IMG/VR virus record: IMGVR_UViG_3300028588_000047
Location: 1-39,519 of that record
DNA: 39,519 bases
DNA from: a virus
Lineage: Duplodnaviria > Caudoviricetes
Direction: 5' to 3' (one strand)
Each line of letters starts with the position of its first letter. Within the stretch, counting starts at the first letter, position 1. The notes under the pieces are model-generated. The model did not search any database and was not told where the DNA came from. It saw nothing but the letters and a program-made list of their open reading frames with translations. This document shows positions 7,767-15,388 of this stretch, one piece after another. Both the position numbers and the translations under genes were made by a program.

Positions 7767-9293
7767 ATGGCCAAGAAGAAAGAAGTTGACGCTGTCGATG
7801 CAGTGCCGGTGATGCGCGGATTGCTCATTCACTCGGACGGTTCAGCGCGTCCAAATCCAGGGTTTGCCGGTTGGGGAATTCACGGTTACGTCTACGATGA
7901 CAAACTGCCCACCAAAGGCACTGGTAACTCCGATTACGTTTTAACAGCGGACGACTACATGTCCAAGACCGTGAAGGCGACTTTGCCTAACGTGCCGCTG
8001 GTGACACCTGTGAAATACATCGACGGCATGGGTGCGGTTCCTCCAAACGCTTACAACTACGACGGCACACGCTCGACCAACAACGCTGGTGAACTGATGG
8101 GTGCGGTAGAAGCCCTCAAGGTCGCTCTGGAAAACGATGTCACGAAAGTGCGCATCTGGACAGATTCCAATTACGTCGTCGGCGGTTTTACCCACGCTCT
8201 GAACTGGCGCAAGAATGGCTGGTTAAAGAAAGACGGTGGTGTACCAGCGAACATCGATCTTTGGAAAGAATACGTCGAGCTCTACGACCAGCTGAAAGCC
8301 AAAGGCGTGGACCTGGGCATTAACTGGAACGAAGGTCATTCCGGTAACTTCGGTAATGAGATGGTGGACGATTTAGCTTACGCGGGGATGCGTCACTCCA
8401 CCAACGGCGTCTTTGAAAAGAAGATCATTGAGTCACTGCCAGAAGGTTACTGGAAGTACGAAACAAATCGTCACCCGTTCCTGTCACACCGCCGGATGTA
8501 CTACAACACCGTACCGGGTTCTTACCGGGAAGGTGAATACTGCCTGGGTGAGCATGACAAGGACGATGATCTCGCTGGCAAACGTCAAGCTAACGGCGCC
8601 TATGCGTACGTGCTCTTAGATGAACCTGAGAAGGTCCTGGAAGAAGTGCGAAAATACAGCACCCGTCTGGCCGACGGCAACGACACGGTGATGATTGCGC
8701 GCTTGGATTACATCTACCGCGCTGGCGTGCATGACATGATCACAAGCTACGGCGGACTGATCCTCAGTAAACCAAAAGATGCCCGCTCCATTCTTGACGC
8801 GCAACTGCGTGATGAGAAAGAACTGGTCACCAAAGAGCACAACCCACCGCTTCTGATTCATCGCTGTGTGGATGAGCTGAGCCAGTTGCGTGAAATCCTG
8901 GTAGACTTTAAAGCTGGTAAACCTGGCATGACGCTCACCGATCTGACTCCTTTAATTTATGAGTCTCTTATCGAAACGACCAAAAAGGGCGAAGAGAAAA
9001 CTATTAACAAAATCAAACCTGAGTTTGTTGTAGGGACCTCGGATCTCGATGCGGTCGTAAACTATCGTCACCCAGACGGCAGTCTTCGCCAAACCAAGAT
9101 CCAACTCTTGCTTGGCTTGGATTTGCTAGATCGCAATGCTTTAAAGCGAATCGAAGAACTCGAACCGGAAGTCTGCTTAGTTACTTGGCCGGAAGAACCA
9201 GAAGCCTTCCGCTACGCAACCATCATCAAGGTGAAAGGTGCGATCGGTATTTGGGCAGGCGTTTACAGCAACATGCGGTTGGTCTTGGACTAA
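7767..9293 (+). CDS. rnhA: Ribonuclease HI with a long C-terminal extension (phiKZ gp155-like)
   Basis: RNase HI motifs HSDGSARPNPGFAGWG, STNNAGELMG, IWTDSNYVV, WRKNGW, NIDLWKE and GHSGNFGNEMVDDLA carry the DEDD catalytic residues. Confidence 0.92.
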   Translation: MAKKKEVDAVDAVPVMRGLLIHSDGSARPNPGFAGWGIHGYVYDDKLPTKGTGNSDYVLTADDYMSKTVKATLPNVPLVTPVKYIDGMGAVPPNAYNYDGTRSTNNAGELMGAVEALKVALENDVTKVRIWTDSNYVVGGFTHALNWRKNGWLKKDGGVPANIDLWKEYVELYDQLKAKGVDLGINWNEGHSGNFGNEMVDDLAYAGMRHSTNGVFEKKIIESLPEGYWKYETNRHPFLSHRRMYYNTVPGSYREGEYCLGEHDKDDDLAGKRQANGAYAYVLLDEPEKVLEEVRKYSTRLADGNDTVMIARLDYIYRAGVHDMITSYGGLILSKPKDARSILDAQLRDEKELVTKEHNPPLLIHRCVDELSQLREILVDFKAGKPGMTLTDLTPLIYESLIETTKKGEEKTINKIKPEFVVGTSDLDAVVNYRHPDGSLRQTKIQLLLGLDLLDRNALKRIEELEPEVCLVTWPEEPEAFRYATIIKVKGAIGIWAGVYSNMRLVLD

Positions 9294-9337
9294 TCGCTTT
9301 CACCTCGCGATACAATTGTATCGAACAGGAGTCTTAC

Positions 9338-9736
9338 ATGCTCAGGAGTTTAATTGGTGGTTTACTGGACAAAGGGCTCCCCGCAAAGACGAAGCGGTCC
9401 ATCTTTGTGGCGTCTTTGGTGGCGTTAATGTCCGGTGAAACAACGTACGATCAAGAAACCTTCAGCAAGCTCAATCGACTCATGGCCTTATCCGAGTCAG
9501 GCGAGAAGGCGTTAGCTGTCCCAGTGATGATGTCCAAAGTCATCTGGAATGGCAAGACGTCATTTGAAGTGTTTCAAGAAGACGTCACGCAAGGCAGCGT
9601 GAGCGCTGATCGCATGCCGAGCGTTGTTTCCCGGCTCATTGACAGCATGCCCCAGTGGTTGCTGTACGGCAGTGCAGGTGACATCGAAAAGGACGTCACC
9701 AAGCTGCTTAATGAACATGTCGCTATCGGCGTCTAG
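9338..9736 (+). CDS. Hypothetical protein
   Basis: The start was reassigned to ATG 9338 (MLRSLIGG...) after RBS AGGAG, giving 132 aa. The listed 9185 start overlaps RNase H. Confidence 0.7.
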   Translation: MLRSLIGGLLDKGLPAKTKRSIFVASLVALMSGETTYDQETFSKLNRLMALSESGEKALAVPVMMSKVIWNGKTSFEVFQEDVTQGSVSADRMPSVVSRLIDSMPQWLLYGSAGDIEKDVTKLLNEHVAIGV

Positions 9737-9756
9737 GTCATAACACCTTTGAACAA

Positions 9757-9806
9757 CATAAGCCCATCTACTCCGCCAGTGAAGGGGAGTAGATGGAGTT
9801 ATGCCG
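9757..9806. terminator. Bidirectional hairpin element (CATA-stem-loop-TATGCCG) between convergent genes
   Basis: Stem CCATCTACTCC (9764-9774) pairs with GGAGTAGATGG (9786-9796). TATGCCG lies at 9800-9806. Confidence 0.75.
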
Positions 9807-9814
9807 TGTCTAGT

Positions 9815-10672
9815 TTACTTGGCTTGCTTCAGTACTTCGGTGACCTTTTGCATGGTGTCACCGACGGAAGTCGTGATGACCAGCACCCGGAAATACGTCG
9901 CTGCAAAGAATTCCAACTCCGAACCAGATTGGTAGGCGCCGTTCGAGAGGTTGTTGGTCACTTCCGGACCAGCACCTTCAAATTCGTTGTTGCGAATCTG
10001 CTTGATGATGATTTCCAGTTGGTTGTTGCATTCGTCTGCTTTCTTGTGCAGGTCGTCGCGCGGAATGGTGTTGGCGATATGACCGACTTGGTCGAGCAGA
10101 TGAAACACGTCCACCCATTCTGCGTTGCGGTTAACCACGTCCGCATACGTCGCTTCAGCTTTGGTGGAGCCGGTCTTGAAACACTTGGCGACCTTGGCGT
10201 TCATTGCTGCGCGCGCTTTTTCCATCGTCGCATACATCTTGTCATGCGGCATGGTGGTGATTTTGAATTGACGGTTCGTGATAATCTGCGCGAGGTACAT
10301 CGAGTATTCGTTCAGGGTTTTCAGGGTCGTGTCGTGGCAGTGCTGGACAGCTTCCTTCAACACCGCCAGGTATTCGATATAAGGCACCACCAAGCCCTCA
10401 GGCACGAACGCCATGAGTGGCGATAGGTTCAGGTACACGCGCCCGTCTAAGAGCTTCATGAAGTCCCGCTCGCTGCTTTTCAATTGCACAGCTGGCGTCT
10501 TCTCGCTAAAGCTATGAACGAAACTTTGGAAGTTCTTTTGGATTGACGGGATCAGGTTTTGCAGCGAGTGAACGATCCCTTGCATGCTGAAAGATTCGTT
10601 CGAGATCAAGTCGCGCAGATGCTCCATCTCTTTCATCGGGTCGGTCTTGTAGTTCAGTTTGTTGGCTAACAT
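9815..10672 (-). CDS. Virion (internal head) protein, phiKZ gp153-like, with a putative propeptide
   Basis: 285-aa helical protein between RNase H and UvsX. ISNES at aa 23-27 matches the S/A/G-X-E head-protease cleavage motif. Confidence 0.65.
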   Translation of the reverse strand: MLANKLNYKTDPMKEMEHLRDLISNESFSMQGIVHSLQNLIPSIQKNFQSFVHSFSEKTPAVQLKSSERDFMKLLDGRVYLNLSPLMAFVPEGLVVPYIEYLAVLKEAVQHCHDTTLKTLNEYSMYLAQIITNRQFKITTMPHDKMYATMEKARAAMNAKVAKCFKTGSTKAEATYADVVNRNAEWVDVFHLLDQVGHIANTIPRDDLHKKADECNNQLEIIIKQIRNNEFEGAGPEVTNNLSNGAYQSGSELEFFAATYFRVLVITTSVGDTMQKVTEVLKQAK

Positions 10673-10808
10673 GTCTGGGTCGTTTCAAAAGGTGGTAAAA
10701 AAGGTCGCCGCATCTGGCGAAAGTGTACATAAAATTATTCCAGTGGAACATCATCTGGACGTTAACGCATCAACAAACTATCAATTGTCATAATAACTGG
10801 AGTCATCA

Positions 10809-12287
10809 GTGAGTCTATTACCCGCCACTCTTCAGCCGGCAGCTTATATCGCCCCTTCCATTCCTGTTGGGGGTGGGTTCGATATTCTGAACGGCACGTA
10901 CTACCGCGGCCTGAACGGAGAAGAAGTTCTCTCAGGTGGTTTCTCGTACATCATGGGTATTGCCGCCAAAGGTAACGTGGGTAAGTCCACACTGGCGGAA
11001 TGGTTCATGTACACGGCAATGGGTCGTGTCACAGCTTTCACGTTCGAGACACCATCGGTCGGTATCTTCTACGACACCGAACTGAACAAGAACGAACCGC
11101 GCATGACAGAACTGCAAATGGCGTGCAAGATCCTTTGCAACCAGGACCTCTTCAGCGTCGGCCGTTTCACCTTAACAACCAAAGTCCAATACAGCGGCAA
11201 CAAGTTCTTCGAAATGATCAAGGACTGGTTGACTGCCAAAGCGAAAGACCGCAAGAATAGTTACGAGACGCCGTTCGCTGACCGTGGTGGTAAAACACCC
11301 TTCAAGATGTTCGTGCCGACGTTCTCGGCCGTGGACTCGATTTCCGAATTCGACACCGACGATATGGAAGCGACCCGTGAGAAGACAGAACTCGGCTCCG
11401 GTGCCCAAAACATTCTGAACATGCGTGCAGGTTTGGTCAAGGCCAACTTCCTGACTGAACTCCCGCGTGTAACGGTCCAGGCCAACAACTACACTGTGCT
11501 GGTGGCTCAGATCGGTAAGAACACCGACATCGGTTCCTCACCTCACGCTCCGCCGCGGGTGCAGCTGAAGAACCTGCCATCGACCGAAGCCATCAAAGGC
11601 GCCACGGCCAAGTTCACGTTCGCGACTCATGATTGCTGGTGGATCGAACAGTCCGTGCCATGGTGGGACGATGACATGAAACCGGAATACCCGATCGACG
11701 CCAAGACAGCGCGTGTCAAGGATACCGACCTGCAACTGACGAAGCTCAAGCAGCTGCGCTCCAAAGGCGGCGCATCCGGTGTGCTGCACGAAATCCTCGT
11801 GTCGCAGAAGACGGGTGTGTTGCCAGAGCTGACCGAGTTCCATTATCTCCGTACTCGCAAGCGCTGGGGCATGGAAGTTTCGGGTGGTGGTGGCTCGATC
11901 ATGGCCCTGTCGATCTATCCAGACAAAACCGTCACCCGTAACACGGTGCGTTCCGTCATCGATGTCGATCCGCTCTTCTGCCGCGCTTTGACCTTCACGA
12001 TGGAAATGAAGCAGATGCAAGAACACTGGGCCTGGGTTATGGAAGACGACGTTTTCGTAGAACCAGCTGACCTGTATCAAGGCTTGATCGCACGCGGCTA
12101 CGACTGGAAGGTGTTACTCCACACGCGCGGGTACTGGTGCCTGGGTGCAAACCCAATTCCTTACCTGTCAACGATGGATCTCTGGAACATGTACCACGGT
12201 ACCTACGTTCCTTATTGGATGTCGAAAGACGACAAAGCCAAAATCAATATGGCACCCATTGCCGAACTCTACAAGAAAGCCGCCTAA
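10809..12287 (+). CDS. uvsX: UvsX/RecA-family recombinase (phiKZ gp152-like)
   Basis: GGFDILNG, Walker A AKGNVGKST, FYDTE (catalytic E), Walker B AVDSISE, LVAQI and KQLRSK (RecA KxK/R-like). GTG start after GGAG. Confidence 0.85.
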   Translation: MSLLPATLQPAAYIAPSIPVGGGFDILNGTYYRGLNGEEVLSGGFSYIMGIAAKGNVGKSTLAEWFMYTAMGRVTAFTFETPSVGIFYDTELNKNEPRMTELQMACKILCNQDLFSVGRFTLTTKVQYSGNKFFEMIKDWLTAKAKDRKNSYETPFADRGGKTPFKMFVPTFSAVDSISEFDTDDMEATREKTELGSGAQNILNMRAGLVKANFLTELPRVTVQANNYTVLVAQIGKNTDIGSSPHAPPRVQLKNLPSTEAIKGATAKFTFATHDCWWIEQSVPWWDDDMKPEYPIDAKTARVKDTDLQLTKLKQLRSKGGASGVLHEILVSQKTGVLPELTEFHYLRTRKRWGMEVSGGGGSIMALSIYPDKTVTRNTVRSVIDVDPLFCRALTFTMEMKQMQEHWAWVMEDDVFVEPADLYQGLIARGYDWKVLLHTRGYWCLGANPIPYLSTMDLWNMYHGTYVPYWMSKDDKAKINMAPIAELYKKAA

Positions 12288-12469
12288 TGTCCGTTCTCTA
12301 TCTCCTCATCGCTATCCTGACCGCCGTGATCGGCTACCAGATCGACAAGAGCATTGTCTGGGGTCTGTTCAACTTCTTCCTGTGGCCACTGGCCTGGGTG
12401 AAGTGGCTGGTGTTGAAACAAGTCAACCTGACCATCATCAAAAAATCGTTCAGCGGGTTTTTCAGCTAA
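12287..12469 (+). CDS. Small membrane protein (60 aa, two hydrophobic segments)
   Basis: TAATG stop/start overlap with uvsX. Sequence MSVLYLLIAILTAVIGYQIDKSIVWGLFNFFLWPLAWVKWLVL... Confidence 0.75.
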   Translation: MSVLYLLIAILTAVIGYQIDKSIVWGLFNFFLWPLAWVKWLVLKQVNLTIIKKSFSGFFS

Positions 12470-12474
12470 TATCG

Positions 12475-12500
12475 CCAGGGCCTTCGGGCTCTGGTCTTTC
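12475..12500 (+). terminator. Probable intrinsic terminator or stabilising hairpin with a cUUCGg tetraloop
   Basis: CCAGGGCC-TTCG-GGCTCTGG followed by TCTTTC, a weak U-tract. Confidence 0.55.
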
Positions 12501-12515
12501 CAAGGAATCGATGTA

Positions 12516-12749
12516 ATGCATCTGTTTAACGAACGCGATACCCTGACCCACACAGGTCTGGAAGGCAGCCTCTACGAGGTGATCGAGACACCCGACACAT
12601 GCACACGTGGCGGTGAGCCGTATTACAACCTAAAGCTTCTGAAGCCTTCCCTGCACGCAACGCCAGAGAACGCCAATGGTCAACTGCGTCCGCAAGAGCT
12701 CGTTGAAAAGCTGTGGGTGAAAGTCGACGATGTCGATAGCCCTGTTTAA
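12516..12749 (+). CDS. Small SH3/DUF1653-like protein, paralog 1
   Basis: RBS AAGGA. Shares the pattern LFNE...GSLYEVIETPDTC...EPYYNLK...LWVK with the next two ORFs. Confidence 0.65.
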   Translation: MHLFNERDTLTHTGLEGSLYEVIETPDTCTRGGEPYYNLKLLKPSLHATPENANGQLRPQELVEKLWVKVDDVDSPV

Positions 12750-12933
12750 CGACAACCAAGTCATTAAGCTCAAGATGTCCGGGGGGCGTTACCGTGTGAT
12801 TGCCACCCCGGCAACTTGCATTTATAACGACCAACCTGCGTATCTCTTGAAGTCTTTGCGACCTATCGAAACACCACCGTTCTTTCGCTCGCAAGCCGAC
12901 GTTGAAACGCAGTGGGAACCTACTGAGGACTAA
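12730..12933 (+). CDS. Small SH3/DUF1653-like protein, paralog 2
   Basis: LFND...SGGRYRVIATPATC...QPAYLLK...FFRSQADVE. Confidence 0.65.
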   Translation: MSIALFNDNQVIKLKMSGGRYRVIATPATCIYNDQPAYLLKSLRPIETPPFFRSQADVETQWEPTED

Positions 12934-12940
12934 CTTTTTT

Positions 12941-13192
12941 ATGCCCATTAATTTTTTGTTTCCTCGTAATTCGTTTATCTATCACAAAAAATCAGGTGGT
13001 ACTTACGAGGTCGTGATCACGCCAGATGTGGGTCGTCTGGAGGCGACGAACACACCGGCGTACGGTTATCGCTGCATTATCAATAATCTCGTCTGGTTTC
13101 GGGAGCGAGCCGAAGTAGAAGACGGTCGCTTCGAAGCTTTACCTGCTGAGGCTACCGTCGAAGATTTTCACATCCAGCCATTATATCCTTGA
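12941..13192 (+). CDS. Small SH3/DUF1653-like protein, paralog 3
   Basis: The start was reassigned to ATG 12941 after GAGGA. IYHKKSGGTYEVV...EATNTPAYGYR...VWFRERAEVEDGRF resembles the DUF1653 pattern YxHxKGxxYxV...ET...YxxL...WxRxxxxF. Confidence 0.7.
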   Translation: MPINFLFPRNSFIYHKKSGGTYEVVITPDVGRLEATNTPAYGYRCIINNLVWFRERAEVEDGRFEALPAEATVEDFHIQPLYP

Positions 13193-13245
13193 CTTTGTTG
13201 TCAAGAAATAATTTCTTAAAATTAACATTCTGATAATATTAAACA

Positions 13246-13686
13246 ATGACATCTGATACTGTAGAACAAACTGCCGCCACCGAAATCGACGTTCCGGCTC
13301 GCCCATTTAAGCTGGCCGAACACGTGGTCTGGTGCTTGCAGGAAGCCCACATCGTTAACCCAGAAGCGTGGTTGATGGCGCTCGAGCCAGTTGGTTTTCA
13401 AAGTAACGACGTGAACGTTCAGCGTTTCTGGATCAATCGTTGCTGGCTGCAAATCCTGGCTAGCTTGCCAGAAGAACTCGCGCTCGACACCCGCAACGCA
13501 CGTGGTTGCTTAATCAACGACATCGCTCTGGAAGAATGGAGCGTGTTGTTCCGTAAAGAGGTTATCCCATGCGCGATCAAGCACAAGTTGCTGACCCAAG
13601 TATTACCGAGCCCGTCGAACACAATCGACTCTCCGACTTCGAGCGACGGGTCCTCGTCTACAGCACTACCGGTTTCGACGACCTAA
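13246..13686 (+). CDS. Hypothetical protein
   Basis: ATG follows an AT-rich intergenic region. The last ~39 codons overlap the next gene and are S/T/P-rich. Confidence 0.65.
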   Translation: MTSDTVEQTAATEIDVPARPFKLAEHVVWCLQEAHIVNPEAWLMALEPVGFQSNDVNVQRFWINRCWLQILASLPEELALDTRNARGCLINDIALEEWSVLFRKEVIPCAIKHKLLTQVLPSPSNTIDSPTSSDGSSSTALPVSTT

Positions 13687-14099
13687 CGTTATTCGAAGCG
13701 CAGATGGCTCGCTATGTGCGCGATAAAGAAATCAAGAAAGACAGCACGGTTTTCTTGATGACGTTAGATAAACCTGACGACACTCCGCTCATCTTGAATT
13801 GGTGTCGCGCCAATGGTTACCATTACGCAGTGTGGTTACCGAATTGGAAAGACGTTGACGTGGAAGGCGCTATCGTGAAAACGAATAGCTTCGGCCCGTA
13901 TAATGCCTTAGCCAAAGCCTGGCGCGACCGGGATGTCTCAGAAGCTGCTAACGAAGGAATCTCTTTCTATGACGGGGTATCTCCCAATACCTTTGACATG
14001 AACGAGCGCATGAACGAATTGAAAAATTCACTGCGCATCGTTCTTGTTCACATAGACAAGAAAGAGGATTCACATGGTAGGCAATCGAAAAGCAGCTGA
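13569..14099 (+). CDS. YspA/DUF2493-like SLOG-family protein (degenerate)
   Basis: RVLVYSTTGFDD ~ RVLVxGSRxFxD, PNWKDVD...YNALAKAWRDRDV ~ ADW...AGxxRNxxM and ISFYDGVSPNTFDM ~ IAFWDGxSxGTxxM. The start position is uncertain. Confidence 0.6.
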   Translation: MRDQAQVADPSITEPVEHNRLSDFERRVLVYSTTGFDDLTLFEAQMARYVRDKEIKKDSTVFLMTLDKPDDTPLILNWCRANGYHYAVWLPNWKDVDVEGAIVKTNSFGPYNALAKAWRDRDVSEAANEGISFYDGVSPNTFDMNERMNELKNSLRIVLVHIDKKEDSHGRQSKSS

Positions 14100-14748
14100 A
14101 GCAGTTCTTCTTAAGCGCATCGAGAGTTTGGGTCCAGGCGGCCCTACTCCCCAAATCTATCGCGACATGTTTGCGAAGATGGATGACAACGCATTTCATG
14201 CTTTTATGATGCGTATTAAGAATCGTGAGGTACGACCAGCCTACCTGGCCCCTAATAAAGGCACGGCACCATTGAGCGTTCAGACGGCATTGAACGTGGC
14301 GAAAGACATGGGACACAGTTTCTACCAACGCATTTGGATTACGCCAAGTGACGGTAAGCGGCCGGCATACCTGACGAACAAAGCTTATCTGGTATTGGAT
14401 CTTCCATATCGTCGACAAGCGCAGTTGTTAGAAAAGAAAATTCGTATTCCGAAACACAATCGTTCGATCGATGACCTCACCGGTCAACCGTCGGGCGAAT
14501 CGAAAGGCAGTAAGTTGTCGTCACCTGAAGTTCAAGTGATGGCTGCGTTGGACTTGCCTAACATGCTCATCGAGTATCTCAAGTACCGCGGTGGTGATGT
14601 GAAAGGTTACGACGCGATGATTGACATGATTGACAAAACAGGCAGTGTCGCCATGAAGTCAATCGAACACCTCGCAGGTGGCGTAGAATCGACGCGTACG
14701 TTCTCGACGATACTAACCTGCATGCACCTTCAGAACTCGTTGCGTTAA
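14074..14748 (+). CDS. rpoB: Virion RNA polymerase beta subunit, C-terminal fragment (phiKZ gp149-like)
   Basis: RQAQLLEKKI...SIDDLTGQPSGESKGSKLSSPEVQVMAA aligns with the RpoB C-terminal KIHAR...YSLVTQQPLGG...GQRFGEMEVWALEA. RBS AGAGGA. Confidence 0.85.
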   Translation: MVGNRKAAEAVLLKRIESLGPGGPTPQIYRDMFAKMDDNAFHAFMMRIKNREVRPAYLAPNKGTAPLSVQTALNVAKDMGHSFYQRIWITPSDGKRPAYLTNKAYLVLDLPYRRQAQLLEKKIRIPKHNRSIDDLTGQPSGESKGSKLSSPEVQVMAALDLPNMLIEYLKYRGGDVKGYDAMIDMIDKTGSVAMKSIEHLAGGVESTRTFSTILTCMHLQNSLR

Positions 14749-14790
14749 GTGATACGCTTTTTTATGGCTTAAATGTCAACTAAATGAAAA

Positions 14791-15357
14791 ATGAATGATG
14801 TCCTGACAGCAACATTGTACGACCCACTGGTAATGCGGGAACGTTTCATCGTTTCCGTCAAACAGACGTTAAACAACGCACCTTCGACCGAACACATCCA
14901 AGCGAAGTTGCTGGACTTGTTAGGTAGCCGTTCCCCAGCGCTCTTTGCAACAGAAGAAGCGTTGAAGGATCTCTCGGAATTCGTCTTCACAGATGAACCC
15001 TTTCGGAGTTGGTTGTTTGACACGAAGTTTGTGTTCTTCATGAACATTGCCGGTGGTAACGGGATGGCGACGCTCAAAGCGTTGATTAAAGATCTGGCGT
15101 TGGCTGCGTCAGAGAACATGGGTATCGATAACGAAGTTGGCTTTTTGAACGACGATGAAGCAAAAGCTGCGCCTTCGTTGTTAGGTATGGACAAGAACCT
15201 GCTCGATGAGCTCGCCACTGACAGTGCAGTTAAAACGGTGTTGACGGTTAACACCTGGATGATTGTGGTGATGTTGCTGTTTGTCTTCATCGATCTGGAG
15301 CACGAGGTCCTCAAGAACCCAGCTGCGTTAAAAGAACCACAAACCAAAAACAAGTAG
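14791..15357 (+). CDS. Hypothetical protein, possibly with a C-terminal TM helix
   Basis: 188-aa ORF with hydrophobic WMIVVMLLFVFI near the C-terminus. Confidence 0.7.
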   Translation: MNDVLTATLYDPLVMRERFIVSVKQTLNNAPSTEHIQAKLLDLLGSRSPALFATEEALKDLSEFVFTDEPFRSWLFDTKFVFFMNIAGGNGMATLKALIKDLALAASENMGIDNEVGFLNDDEAKAAPSLLGMDKNLLDELATDSAVKTVLTVNTWMIVVMLLFVFIDLEHEVLKNPAALKEPQTKNK

Positions 15358-15388
15358 TTTTTACAAAACTTGATGAGACAACCCTAAG

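Noticed and set aside
9749-10426. 225-aa + strand ORF
   Set aside because: It is the antisense shadow of the 9815..10672 head protein, starts inside the hairpin element and has no SD or recognisable motif.
13189-13236. Host sigma70 promoter (TTGACT/TTGTCA with TAAAAT/GATAAT)
   Set aside because: No -35/-10 pair has 16-18 nt spacing.
14769-15353. 194-aa - strand ORF
   Set aside because: It is in-register antisense to 14791..15357 and Ser-rich, and the + gene fits the operon direction.
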